Below, one piece after another: positions 9,187-18,260 of a stretch of 64,000 nucleotides of DNA. The notes below the pieces were generated by a model that was not told the DNA's origin, did not search any database, and was given only the letters and a program-made list of their open reading frames with translations. Source of the stretch: an uncultured Clostridia bacterium (GTDB lineage Bacteria; Bacillota; Clostridia; Christensenellales; CAG-314); assembly GCA_947625185.1 (NCBI GenBank), contig CANQNJ010000001.1:8771-72770 (forward strand). The letters are read 5' to 3'. The translations under genes and the position numbers were made by a program. The first letter of the stretch is position 1; every line of letters starts with the position of its first letter.

Positions 9187-11082
9187 ATGAAAGATTATCT
9201 GCCTCTTCTGATAGTAGGCGCGATTATCGGCGTATTCAGCGCGGCGCTCATCATAGCATATGCTCTTGTCAAGGACAAGAAAGAGTCTATGGGCTTCGAG
9301 CGCAATATGAAAGACGGCGAATTGATGAAGCGTTTGCTCCGATATGCCAAGCCGTATTGGTTCAATTTCGTCATTGTCGGTCTGGTTATGTTGCTGTCCG
9401 TTTCGTACAACATACTGTCTCCCATTCTCATATCGCGCATAGAAAAGATAATCCAGGCGGAGGAAGGTTTTGTATACAAAGACGACGTTCTGTGGCGCGT
9501 GATAGTGTATGCGGCTATTCTTATCGGGTCGCTTGTGGGTACATATATACAGGCTATCGTTTTGCAAAAGACGGGTCAAAAGATCATCTCTCGTTTGAGA
9601 GAAGACGCTTTCACTCACATAGAGAGCCTGTCTCACGCGCAACTGTCTCATATTCCCGTCGGCAAATTGGTGACGCGCGTTACTAACGATACCAATGCCA
9701 TCAGCATGATGTTCACGGGGATGTTGGTCAACCTTGTCAAGAACATATTTGTGATACTCGGCGTGTTGGTGGCAATGCTGTTCATCAATTATATGCTCAC
9801 GCTGATGGTTCTGTGTTTCGTGCCTTTCATAGTGCTGTTTACGGTGATATTCCGCAAATTTTCCCGTCGCGCTTACCGTCGGGTAAAGAACGGAACTACG
9901 GATATCAACACATATCTTTCCGAGCATTTGTCCGGTATGAAGATAATACAGGTATTCAATCGCGAAGAGCGCAAGATGCGGGAGTTCGATGAAAAGAACA
10001 ACACGCTTTATCGTGCGCAACGCGGACAAATATTCGTTTTCGGTATTTTCCGTCCGGTTGTATATATGCTGTATATATCATCGGTGCTGTGTCTGTTTTT
10101 CCTCGGATCCAAGGGCGCGCTTGAAGGTCATGCGATACTCGGACAGATAGTCGACGGCGCGACCATAGTTGCGTTTTATATGTTTGTTTCGAGATTTTTC
10201 AACCCCATACAGAATTTGGCAGAACAATTTCACCGACTGCAATCGGCGTTTGCGTCGGCGGAAAAGATATTTACGATAATGGATATCGTCCCCGACGTGG
10301 TGGACGAAGAGGACGCTGTCGAATTGGAGACGATACGTGGAGAGATCGAGTTCAAGGACGTTTGGTTCGCCTACAATGAGGGCGAGTGGGTGTTGAAGGG
10401 AGTAAGTTTCCACGTCAATGCCAAGGACACCGTGGCTTTTGTCGGCGCAACGGGCAGCGGCAAAACGACGATATTGTCTTTGCTGTGCCGCAATTACGAT
10501 ATTCAGAAGGGCGAGATATTGCTCGACGGTATCAACATTCGCCATATCAAGATATCCTCTTTGCGCAGGCACTTCGGTCAGATGTTGCAGGATGTATTTC
10601 TTTTTGCCGGGACTATTCGCAGCAATATCGTGCTAAGAGACGAATTCGACGACGAGCAGGTTCGGGAGGCGTGCAAATACGTCAATGCCGATAAGTTTAT
10701 AGACAAGTTGGCCGGCGGTTTGGACGAGGAAGTACGTGAGCGCGGCAACAACTTCTCCGCGGGACAGCGGCAGTTGCTCAGTTTTGCACGGACCATCATT
10801 CACCGTCCCGAGGTGATGATACTTGACGAGGCGACGGCAAATATCGACACCGAGACGGAATTGCTCATTCAGGACAGTCTCGGCAAGATGATGAATATCG
10901 GAACGATGCTCATCGTTGCACATAGGCTGTCCACGATCCAACACGCCGACAATATTATCGTGCTTTCCGACGGAAAAATAGTAGAACAGGGCAATCATCA
11001 CGAATTGCTTCGTCGCAAGGGACGTTACTATGAACTGTATACTTTGCAATTCAACAAAGAAGAACTTATGAAACGCGCCTAA
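9187..11082 (+). CDS. ABC transporter ATP-binding/permease protein (partner half-transporter)
   Basis: A TMD is followed by an NBD with GATGSGKTT, FSAGQRQLLSFAR and MILDEAT. It starts 1 nt after the upstream half-transporter, so a heterodimer is likely. Confidence 0.9.
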   Translation: MKDYLPLLIVGAIIGVFSAALIIAYALVKDKKESMGFERNMKDGELMKRLLRYAKPYWFNFVIVGLVMLLSVSYNILSPILISRIEKIIQAEEGFVYKDDVLWRVIVYAAILIGSLVGTYIQAIVLQKTGQKIISRLREDAFTHIESLSHAQLSHIPVGKLVTRVTNDTNAISMMFTGMLVNLVKNIFVILGVLVAMLFINYMLTLMVLCFVPFIVLFTVIFRKFSRRAYRRVKNGTTDINTYLSEHLSGMKIIQVFNREERKMREFDEKNNTLYRAQRGQIFVFGIFRPVVYMLYISSVLCLFFLGSKGALEGHAILGQIVDGATIVAFYMFVSRFFNPIQNLAEQFHRLQSAFASAEKIFTIMDIVPDVVDEEDAVELETIRGEIEFKDVWFAYNEGEWVLKGVSFHVNAKDTVAFVGATGSGKTTILSLLCRNYDIQKGEILLDGINIRHIKISSLRRHFGQMLQDVFLFAGTIRSNIVLRDEFDDEQVREACKYVNADKFIDKLAGGLDEEVRERGNNFSAGQRQLLSFARTIIHRPEVMILDEATANIDTETELLIQDSLGKMMNIGTMLIVAHRLSTIQHADNIIVLSDGKIVEQGNHHELLRRKGRYYELYTLQFNKEELMKRA

Positions 11083-11120
11083 AAAAATCCTCTTGTGCAA
11101 TTTCGCAAGAGGATTTTTTG
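11083..11120. terminator. Bidirectional rho-independent terminator between convergent ABC exporter and cadA
   Basis: The sequence aaaaaaATCCTCTTGtgcaatttcgCAAGAGGATtttttt has a 9-bp stem flanked by an A-run and a T-run. Confidence 0.75.
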
Positions 11121-11128
11121 ACATCTGT

Positions 11129-13021
11129 TTATTTGTTTATTTGTTTGTTTGCTTGTTTTCGGACGATCATTGCTCGCATAGAGTTCAGTATCGCCAACAC
11201 GCACACGCCCACGTCTGCAAGAATGGCTACTATCATACCGAGTCCGTATGCAAGTTTGTCCAATATCCCCAATAGAGTCAATATCAATACGGCAATTTTG
11301 ATAGTAAGCGAAGCCGCGATGTTTTCGTTGACGATATTAAGCGTCTTTTTCGCGATGTGTTTGGCTGTGGCGATGGCGGTGGGGTTGTCCTGCATCAATA
11401 CCACGTCGGCGGTTTCGATAGCGGCGTCGCTGCCCATAGCACCCATGGCAATTCCGACGTCCGCCGAGGCAAGCACGGGCGCGTCGTTTATGCCGTCTCC
11501 GACAAACGCCACTCTCGACTTGTTGTTTTGTTTGAGCTTTTTGAGTTCTTCTACTTTGTTTTGAGGCAGCAATTCCGCGCGGTATTCGTCTATTCCGAGC
11601 GTTTCCGCTACTCGCCGCGCGGTAATAGCGTTGTCGCCGGTCAACATCACGGTGGTGCAGCCGTTGCGGTGCAGTTGAGATATGGCGTCCTCAGAGTCTT
11701 GTTTTAATTCGTCCTCGATCACGATATATCCCTTAAATATATTGTTTTGTGCGACATATACCACGGTGCCGCCGTCGACCGGGGGACATTCGATATGGTT
11801 GTCCTTCATCAACAGGGCGTTTCCGCACAGTATCGTCGATCCGTCCTCCGCTTGCGCGAGCAATCCTTTGCCCGCGATCTCCGATACGCTCGCTTTGAGC
11901 GGAGCGACGGTCTCTTTGGCAATGGAAACGGCAATCGGGTGATTGCTGTACTGCTCGGCAACGGCGGCAAGTTGCAATACTTGATCGCGTTGTTCGCGCG
12001 GATATACATCGGTTACGGCAAAGTTGCCTTTGGTGAGAGTTCCCGTTTTATCGAAAGCCACGACGTTTACTTTCGCAAGCAATTCCAGATAGTTGCTCCC
12101 CTTGACAAGTATTCCGCGTTTGCTTGCCGCGGCAATTCCTCCGAAGAAACCCAACGGCACGGAAATAACCAATGCGCACGGACACGAAACGAAGAGGAAC
12201 ATCATCGCGCGTTTGAGCCATATGCTCCAATATGCCCAATCTGCGTAGTTGCCCGTTACCAGCGGCGGCAGTATTCCGACCAATATTGCAAGACAAACCA
12301 CAACAGGAGTGTAGTATTTGCTGAACTTTGTGATAAAGTTCTCTGCGGGCGCCTTTTCGGATGAGGCGTTTTCCACCAGATCGAGTATCTTAGCCACGGT
12401 ACTGTCGTCGTATGTCCCCGTTGCGGTAATATACAGTACTCCGTCCAGATTGATACAGCCGGATATGACGGCGTCGCCTGCCCCTATATGCCTCGGCAGA
12501 CTTTCTCCCGTTATGGCAGAGGTGTCGAGATGGCATTCCCCTTCGGATACCGTGCCGTCAAGAGGTATTCTGTCTCCCGCTTTTACAACGAAAGTCTCGC
12601 CGACGGATATTTCGGACGGATGCAATACGATTTCCTCGTTGTTACGCAATACGGTGGCCTCTTCCGGACGAATATCCATCAACGCCGCGATATCCCTGCG
12701 GCTTTTGCCGACCGCGTACCGCTGAAATACTTCTCCTATCTGATACAGTATCATCACTGCGGCGGCATCGGCATATTCTCCTATCACAAATGCTCCGACA
12801 GTGGCGATAGTCATAAGAAAATTCTCGTCAAAAATTTTGCCATGGGCAATGTTGGCGACAGCTTTCCATAGTACGTCGTATCCCGCGACGAGATATGCCG
12901 CGGCAAACAGTCCAAGCTCGATCCACATATTGATGTGGATAGTGTATTTGAGTATCAGCGATACAACGACAACTCCGAGCGCCACGCCAATCCTTATCAA
13001 TGCTTTTTTATTTCTTGACAT
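11129..13021 (-). CDS. cadA: Cd/Zn/Co-type heavy-metal translocating P-type ATPase
   Basis: The SCPCALVISVP (CPC) motif, DKTGTLT and VGDGINDAP are present. The product is 630 aa. It lies in an operon with an HMA protein and an ArsR/CadC regulator. Confidence 0.9.
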   Translation of the reverse strand: MSRNKKALIRIGVALGVVVVSLILKYTIHINMWIELGLFAAAYLVAGYDVLWKAVANIAHGKIFDENFLMTIATVGAFVIGEYADAAAVMILYQIGEVFQRYAVGKSRRDIAALMDIRPEEATVLRNNEEIVLHPSEISVGETFVVKAGDRIPLDGTVSEGECHLDTSAITGESLPRHIGAGDAVISGCINLDGVLYITATGTYDDSTVAKILDLVENASSEKAPAENFITKFSKYYTPVVVCLAILVGILPPLVTGNYADWAYWSIWLKRAMMFLFVSCPCALVISVPLGFFGGIAAASKRGILVKGSNYLELLAKVNVVAFDKTGTLTKGNFAVTDVYPREQRDQVLQLAAVAEQYSNHPIAVSIAKETVAPLKASVSEIAGKGLLAQAEDGSTILCGNALLMKDNHIECPPVDGGTVVYVAQNNIFKGYIVIEDELKQDSEDAISQLHRNGCTTVMLTGDNAITARRVAETLGIDEYRAELLPQNKVEELKKLKQNNKSRVAFVGDGINDAPVLASADVGIAMGAMGSDAAIETADVVLMQDNPTAIATAKHIAKKTLNIVNENIAASLTIKIAVLILTLLGILDKLAYGLGMIVAILADVGVCVLAILNSMRAMIVRKQANKQINK

Positions 13022-13024
13022 AAC

Positions 13025-13243
13025 TCAGATTTTCAGTCTGCAATCCGGTTCGACTTTTTTGACCGTCGCCTTTATTTTTTGCAGAATTTCCGTATAGTTC
13101 TCATCGTCCAATTCCAACGTCATTTTTTGCAGCATAAAGTTTATATTGCAGTTTTTTACGCCCTCGATTTGCGCGATGTTTCGTTCCATTTTGGCTGCGC
13201 AGTTGGCGCAATCCAGATCTTCCATTGCAATTATCTTTTTCAT
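13025..13243 (-). CDS. Stand-alone heavy-metal-associated (HMA) domain protein
   Basis: The 72 aa product has MEDLDCANCAAKMERNI (CxxC), like the CadA N-terminal metal-binding domain. It ends 3 nt upstream of cadA. Confidence 0.8.
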   Translation of the reverse strand: MKKIIAMEDLDCANCAAKMERNIAQIEGVKNCNINFMLQKMTLELDDENYTEILQKIKATVKKVEPDCRLKI

Positions 13244-13246
13244 AAG

Positions 13247-13600
13247 TTACTCCTTTATATGTTCAAGCGCCAGATTGATTATGCTCAGCACGTGATCGTC
13301 GTCAAGACTGTAAAATATTTCTTTTCCGTTGCGCCTGTTTTTGACGAGTTTTGCCTGCCTGAGTATGCGCAGCTGGTGAGAAACTGCCGATTTGGTCATA
13401 TTGAGAACGGCGCCGATATCGCAAACGCACATTTCCGCTTGCGCAAGAGCCGACAATATCCGTATGCGCGTAGAATCGCCGAATATCTTAAAAAGCTCCG
13501 CAACGTCGTACAGCTCGTTTTCGTCCGGCATATCGACGGTTACTTGTTCGCATACCTCGTCGTGAATTTTGTTATCTTCGCAGATCAAATCCGAATCCAT
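13247..13600 (-). CDS. cadC: ArsR/SmtB-family metalloregulator (CadC-like)
   Basis: LFKIFGDSTRIRILSAL...MCVCDIGAVLNMTKSAVSHQLRIL shows a winged HTH with the CVC metal site. I prefer the ATG at 13600 (GGAG 7 nt upstream) over the TTG-initiated maximal ORF ending at 13642. Confidence 0.85.
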   Translation of the reverse strand: MDSDLICEDNKIHDEVCEQVTVDMPDENELYDVAELFKIFGDSTRIRILSALAQAEMCVCDIGAVLNMTKSAVSHQLRILRQAKLVKNRRNGKEIFYSLDDDHVLSIINLALEHIKE

Positions 13601-13621
13601 AATCTTCTCCTTTATTCGACA

Positions 13622-13647
13622 AACAGTTGAAGAATTGTTCAACTGTT
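13622..13647. promoter_or_regulatory. Candidate CadC/ArsR operator: perfect 10-bp inverted repeat
   Basis: AACAGTTGAA-gaattg-TTCAACTGTT lies about 22 nt upstream of the preferred cadC start. ArsR/SmtB repressors bind imperfect 12-2-12-type palindromes over their own promoters. Confidence 0.5.
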
Positions 13648-14521
13648 ATTATATTATTCCGCATTTTCGTAAAAGTCAAGCATTTTACCGCATATTGTTG
13701 AATATTTTTTCAAACGCCGGTCGCAGCGGTGCATAGCAGCGCGGCATCTGTTGGACAACATAGAACAAATTTATCGAGCATATACAGCCGGACAACGCAG
13801 TGCTTTTGTACTTGTGGCATAACAAAATATCTCAATACGAATAAATCTTGCCGAACGGGCGTGCAAGAAAATATCTGTCGCCGAGGATATCGAGAAAACT
13901 GTCTCCGTTTTGCGTAGCCCGACATTTTTGCATACAAAGCAGGTACGAACAGAGAAGGAGTAATGTAAAAAATTTGAAAACGAACGTCAGATCACACTGA
14001 TATAGGGAGAACAGTGCATCCTTGTATGCAAGCGATAAAACATTCCGAAAGAGAAAGACGATGCTAACGGCAGTTTTTATACGTTCGGTATCCCGTTCAC
14101 CTACTTTCTAATAAAAACAATAAATACATTTTCTATGGACGGTATAATGCTGAGAAAAGCAACTTCCGAAATTGAGAATTTCCGAAGTTTTTCCTTTTAC
14201 GCAATTAGCATAAGCAGGATTGTCGGTAAACGTGATATAGCTTGATCAAAAAATACCCTAAAAGTTTTGTTAACTTTTGGTATGGTGGTGGGGGCTACTA
14301 CTAAAAAAACAAAAGAATTTAGTAGCACGCTTTTGAAGATTATTATACTTTATTGCTGTAAATATTTATTTGAGTGTTTTTTTAAACTGCTAAATGGGAG
14401 TTATGGTTTATATTGTTGATGTTTCATATTTACACAGTAATTGATATTCGTTCTTTTTTTTGTACGGAACCGCTTCCGAGGTAATTTTTTTTCGCTCTTT
14501 TGAAAAATGACCGTTGAAACC

Positions 14522-14550
14522 TTGAAATATGATGCGGAATATGCTATAAT
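14522..14550 (+). promoter_or_regulatory. Near-consensus sigma-A-type promoter for the island operon
   Basis: TTGAAA (14522-14527), a 17-nt spacer, then TATAAT (14545-14550). It lies about 47 nt upstream of the first start codon. Confidence 0.55.
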
Positions 14551-14596
14551 AACAATAAAAAATGTTGTTTTTCGTTATTTTTCGAGTTTCGGAGAA

Positions 14597-15649
14597 ATGA
14601 AAATGAAACAAAGATTTGTTTTTATCAGTCATAGTAATCATCCGTCAGATGTGGATATCTGTGAGCGTCTCTATAAGTATCTCGGCGCTTGCGGTGTTTG
14701 TTGTTGGATGGATCGGGAAGATATGCATTCTGGAAGTTGGAAAGAACAGATCGTCGAAAAGCTTCTCGATGCCTCGGCGTTTATACTGGTAGAAAGTATA
14801 CATTCGCTACAATCTCCGCAGGTGAAAAAAGAAATCAATCTTATGACGTCGACGGAGCGCCCTCTTATTCCATTCGCTTTGGACGAATACTGCTTGTCCT
14901 TGGATAAGGAGAAGGGATCAGCTTTATATGAGCTTGGCGTTGGAGAATTACAGACGGTTTTCCTTAATAGATATCCGCAAGAGTCGTATGCATTCGAAAA
15001 GTTGCTTTCCTATCTCCCACCGGAAGTGATATGTTTTAAGAATGATCCTACGGAATTTCATTTTGATTCGGGTGGAAAGGTTTTGGAGAAATATGTCGGG
15101 CATGATTCCTTTGTTGAGATTCCGGGATTTGTACAAGCTATCGCCGACGGCGCTTTTCGAAATAATTCCGATCTTGTAACGGTTTATATCCCGGATTCAG
15201 TTGAAAGAATCGGTCGCAGAGCATTTTTGGGATGCAGCGCATTAAGTCGCGTTGATGGGATGCGGGGTATTATCGATGTGGATAACTCGGCGTTTAATTA
15301 TACAAATTTGGTATCCGGAGACGGAAAGCCGTTTGTTGTCAATGGAATATTATTTGGCAGTGCGTTGGCAAATGATGCCATACTTCCGTCGGCACGCATG
15401 ATTGCCTCGAATGCATTTTACGGATGTGAGGCGGAAGAGTTAATTTTCGCAGATGGGCTAATAAGTGTCGGCGAGGGGGCATTCATGGATTCTTTTCTGC
15501 GTCGCATTGTTTTTCCTGTAACTTTGAAGCGGATTGGAATGCGGGCATTTGCGTCATGCACGAGACTAAAAGAGGTTGTGTTTTTGGGACAAGTGCCCGA
15601 TAATGCTACATTAATTTTTGACCAAGAAAAAATAAAGGAGAAAAAATAA
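14597..15649 (+). CDS. TIR-domain protein fused to BspA-type leucine-rich repeats (LRR_5-like)
   Basis: GGAGAA precedes the ATG at 14597. The N-terminus FVFISHSNHPSDVDICERLYKYLGACGVCCWMDREDMHSGSWKEQIVEKLLDASAFILVESIHSLQSPQVKKE matches the bacterial TIR_2 pattern. The C-terminal half has repeated IPxxVxxIGxxAFxxCxxL units. No signal peptide or TM helix is evident. Confidence 0.75.
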   Translation: MKMKQRFVFISHSNHPSDVDICERLYKYLGACGVCCWMDREDMHSGSWKEQIVEKLLDASAFILVESIHSLQSPQVKKEINLMTSTERPLIPFALDEYCLSLDKEKGSALYELGVGELQTVFLNRYPQESYAFEKLLSYLPPEVICFKNDPTEFHFDSGGKVLEKYVGHDSFVEIPGFVQAIADGAFRNNSDLVTVYIPDSVERIGRRAFLGCSALSRVDGMRGIIDVDNSAFNYTNLVSGDGKPFVVNGILFGSALANDAILPSARMIASNAFYGCEAEELIFADGLISVGEGAFMDSFLRRIVFPVTLKRIGMRAFASCTRLKEVVFLGQVPDNATLIFDQEKIKEKK

Positions 15650-15650
15650 A

Positions 15651-18248
15651 ATGGCGGGAAAAAGAAACATAAACACTCAAGATTTCGAAAAATTTTTGAA
15701 TGAGATTATTAAGGGTATCGATGCGAGAGAAAATACGGAATGGGAGGAAAAGTCCACCAAAATTTCCGAAGATATTCGCTCCGCGCTCGTCCGGCAGTTT
15801 GATACGCTCAAAGGCGATTGTGATACGAGGTTTTTGGACTACTGTAATACAGTGAAAGCGCTCCTTGCCATTTACAATTTCGGTAATCTCAATGTCGATG
15901 AGAGTGAGAACGAGGTTGCGCAGTTGGACAGGCAGAGGATACTGACGGGGGTTTATAATATCATCAAGCATATTGAAGAGATTGGTTACGATATCACGCC
16001 GTATATTAGTTTAGGCGACTGCAAAACCATTTTTGGGACGGCAGATGGAAAAATTGAACCGCTTACTCTTTCTGCCACGACCGTTCTTACTACATTGATT
16101 TATTTTCGTCGGGCGTACAGTCGGAAAATGATAGCCTTTGAAGAGAGTGAGCTCACGGTTAATGGTGTCGATCTTATGCAAAAAACCGTGGAGCATGTTG
16201 CAAAGATTCTCGTCATGATTGTTGATTATATCGAGTCGATGGAATTCGTTGGGTGGGGGTTTACGTTTACATCGCGCGCGGCTACGTTGAACGACACCTA
16301 TTCAGTCGCTGAGGCACTCGGACGTTTCGAGGATGCATTCACGCAGGAAGATGAGATGAAACGCGATGAAGATTTTACCAATGAGGTGGATCGTTACGGC
16401 GAAATCATTTTGCATCATCAGGGACTCATTAATCGCGCGTTTAGTTCTATTTATAAGACGGCGTTCAATGTATATGACCGCGCAAAGACGGAATATGGAC
16501 ACAATATCTTTTATTCCGGTTCCGTGCGCGAAGGCGATTCGGTAAAGTATGTTTATACCAAAACGGATTATGACCAGATTGCAAGCAGTAATCGTTCGTC
16601 AGCACTCTTCAATCCCCTCTATGTCGCCATGATTACGATGTACGGATATAACGAGAAGGAAATCGTCATACGTTGTTTTATGGATAATTACGAGTTGGCG
16701 GCGAAATACTACGAACAATTCGAAACGGAACTTTCCGGCAAGAAAGAACGTCCAAAAAAGGCAAACGGTGATAAAAAAATCACGCTCAGCGAGTATGCCG
16801 CCGAACTGAAATACTTCGTGAAATATCAATGTGATTTTAACGAGGCGGTGAAACCACTTCTCGAAAAGCACCCGCTCATGTCGAACGATTATTCAGATAA
16901 TAAAAAGTGGAGAATGTGGTATGAAACTGCCCGCGTGTTTCAGAAATATCTTGAAACGCAGGAGCCTGAGCTTCTAATGAAAATCGCCGAATATCGCGAT
17001 TATCTTAACGCGACGAAGGATGCTATTGACCAAGTTCAGATCATGTTCCGCAATTTCGATAACAACCAGCGTCTCGGGATCGTCGATACCGATTATATAA
17101 TGTTTTCACAGCTCGATGTCAATACCGAACTCGTCAATATTTCCAAACTGAACAAAGCGAATATTGCGGTCAACTATCTTCGTCCAATGTTGCTCTCTTC
17201 AAAGATAATGATCGTGAATGCGCTTACGAAATATCCGCAATCGGATATTGAAAATCTGTTCAACTCTATTCTCGAAGCGAGATATCTTCAATTCGTCCCC
17301 GAAAAAAACAGTTGGGATTACGAATGGCTGTGGAATTCGGACGGCATAGATATGAACTCAACGGTTCGCAACTGTGAAGCGATAGCATATGATTACTTCG
17401 ATTATTATGAGAAATACGAGCTTGGACTTAGAGCAATCAATGGGATAAGAAGAAGCATTGGCAGCAATGTAATAAATGCAATCGACGTGGAAACAGGTGC
17501 ATTCTCTGTTGAGAAGGCAATGGGAACGGATAATAGTTTAATCAGTTTCAAACGCATTGTACTTGAAGTCACGCGCCAGAACGTCGATTTGATTCGTACG
17601 GTGTACAAGAGCAGGATTGACGAACTTCAAAAAAAGATCGACGGAATGGAAGAGGAACGGGCTCGCGATCTGGCAAATTATAAACAGAAAATGGAGGAGC
17701 AACGCGCGGACCTCCTTGAACAGAGGGATCAAACACTTGAAAAAATCGAGAACAGTCGGGCGATTGGCGATACCATCCGTAAGTGGATTCGTGAAGAAAC
17801 TAAGAGATATCTTACCGAAATGCTTTCGCAGATTGTCTTAAATAAGCTAAATGGTAACAATAAAGTTAAGAACGGCGAGTATCAACTTGATAGTCTTCTT
17901 GCAAGGAATGGCGGCGAATTTATTGACGCAAATATTCCGGCGATTCGCGCTTATGGTGATAACCTTCGTGCAAATATTACAGGAGATGATTCTTCCGAAG
18001 CGAGAGAATATTATCTTAAAACTTTCAAGGAATCTCTTGCACTTCAAGAGCTTTTCGAGTTAGCGTTTAACGGTATTTTCGACTTGGATGACGTAACGAG
18101 CATCCGCCATTATGACGACATGGTTGTGCCCATGTCCGTTAAAAACGAGGTTATCTCTAAGAATTACGCCGAACGTTTGGATGCGCGTAAACACGGAATT
18201 GAATATGAACCGTATATGGAAAAATCAAATGAAGAATTAAAAAAATAA
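15651..18248 (+). CDS. Large hypothetical protein (865 aa), mostly helical with a C-terminal coiled-coil segment
   Basis: The long clean ORF starts 1 nt after the TIR-LRR stop. I found no recognisable catalytic motif. A charged heptad-like stretch RIDELQKKIDGMEEERARDLANYKQKMEEQRADLLEQRDQTLEKIE is present. Confidence 0.7.
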   Translation: MAGKRNINTQDFEKFLNEIIKGIDARENTEWEEKSTKISEDIRSALVRQFDTLKGDCDTRFLDYCNTVKALLAIYNFGNLNVDESENEVAQLDRQRILTGVYNIIKHIEEIGYDITPYISLGDCKTIFGTADGKIEPLTLSATTVLTTLIYFRRAYSRKMIAFEESELTVNGVDLMQKTVEHVAKILVMIVDYIESMEFVGWGFTFTSRAATLNDTYSVAEALGRFEDAFTQEDEMKRDEDFTNEVDRYGEIILHHQGLINRAFSSIYKTAFNVYDRAKTEYGHNIFYSGSVREGDSVKYVYTKTDYDQIASSNRSSALFNPLYVAMITMYGYNEKEIVIRCFMDNYELAAKYYEQFETELSGKKERPKKANGDKKITLSEYAAELKYFVKYQCDFNEAVKPLLEKHPLMSNDYSDNKKWRMWYETARVFQKYLETQEPELLMKIAEYRDYLNATKDAIDQVQIMFRNFDNNQRLGIVDTDYIMFSQLDVNTELVNISKLNKANIAVNYLRPMLLSSKIMIVNALTKYPQSDIENLFNSILEARYLQFVPEKNSWDYEWLWNSDGIDMNSTVRNCEAIAYDYFDYYEKYELGLRAINGIRRSIGSNVINAIDVETGAFSVEKAMGTDNSLISFKRIVLEVTRQNVDLIRTVYKSRIDELQKKIDGMEEERARDLANYKQKMEEQRADLLEQRDQTLEKIENSRAIGDTIRKWIREETKRYLTEMLSQIVLNKLNGNNKVKNGEYQLDSLLARNGGEFIDANIPAIRAYGDNLRANITGDDSSEAREYYLKTFKESLALQELFELAFNGIFDLDDVTSIRHYDDMVVPMSVKNEVISKNYAERLDARKHGIEYEPYMEKSNEELKK

Positions 18249-18260
18249 AAGAGGATGCTT

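Noticed and set aside
13710-13937. 75 aa and 62 aa ORFs in the leader of the island, and the 77 aa ORF at 14408-14641.
   Set aside because: They have no RBS and odd composition. They mutually overlap on opposite strands or overlap the operon promoter and first gene, so I treat them as non-coding leader. A relic gene fragment cannot be excluded.
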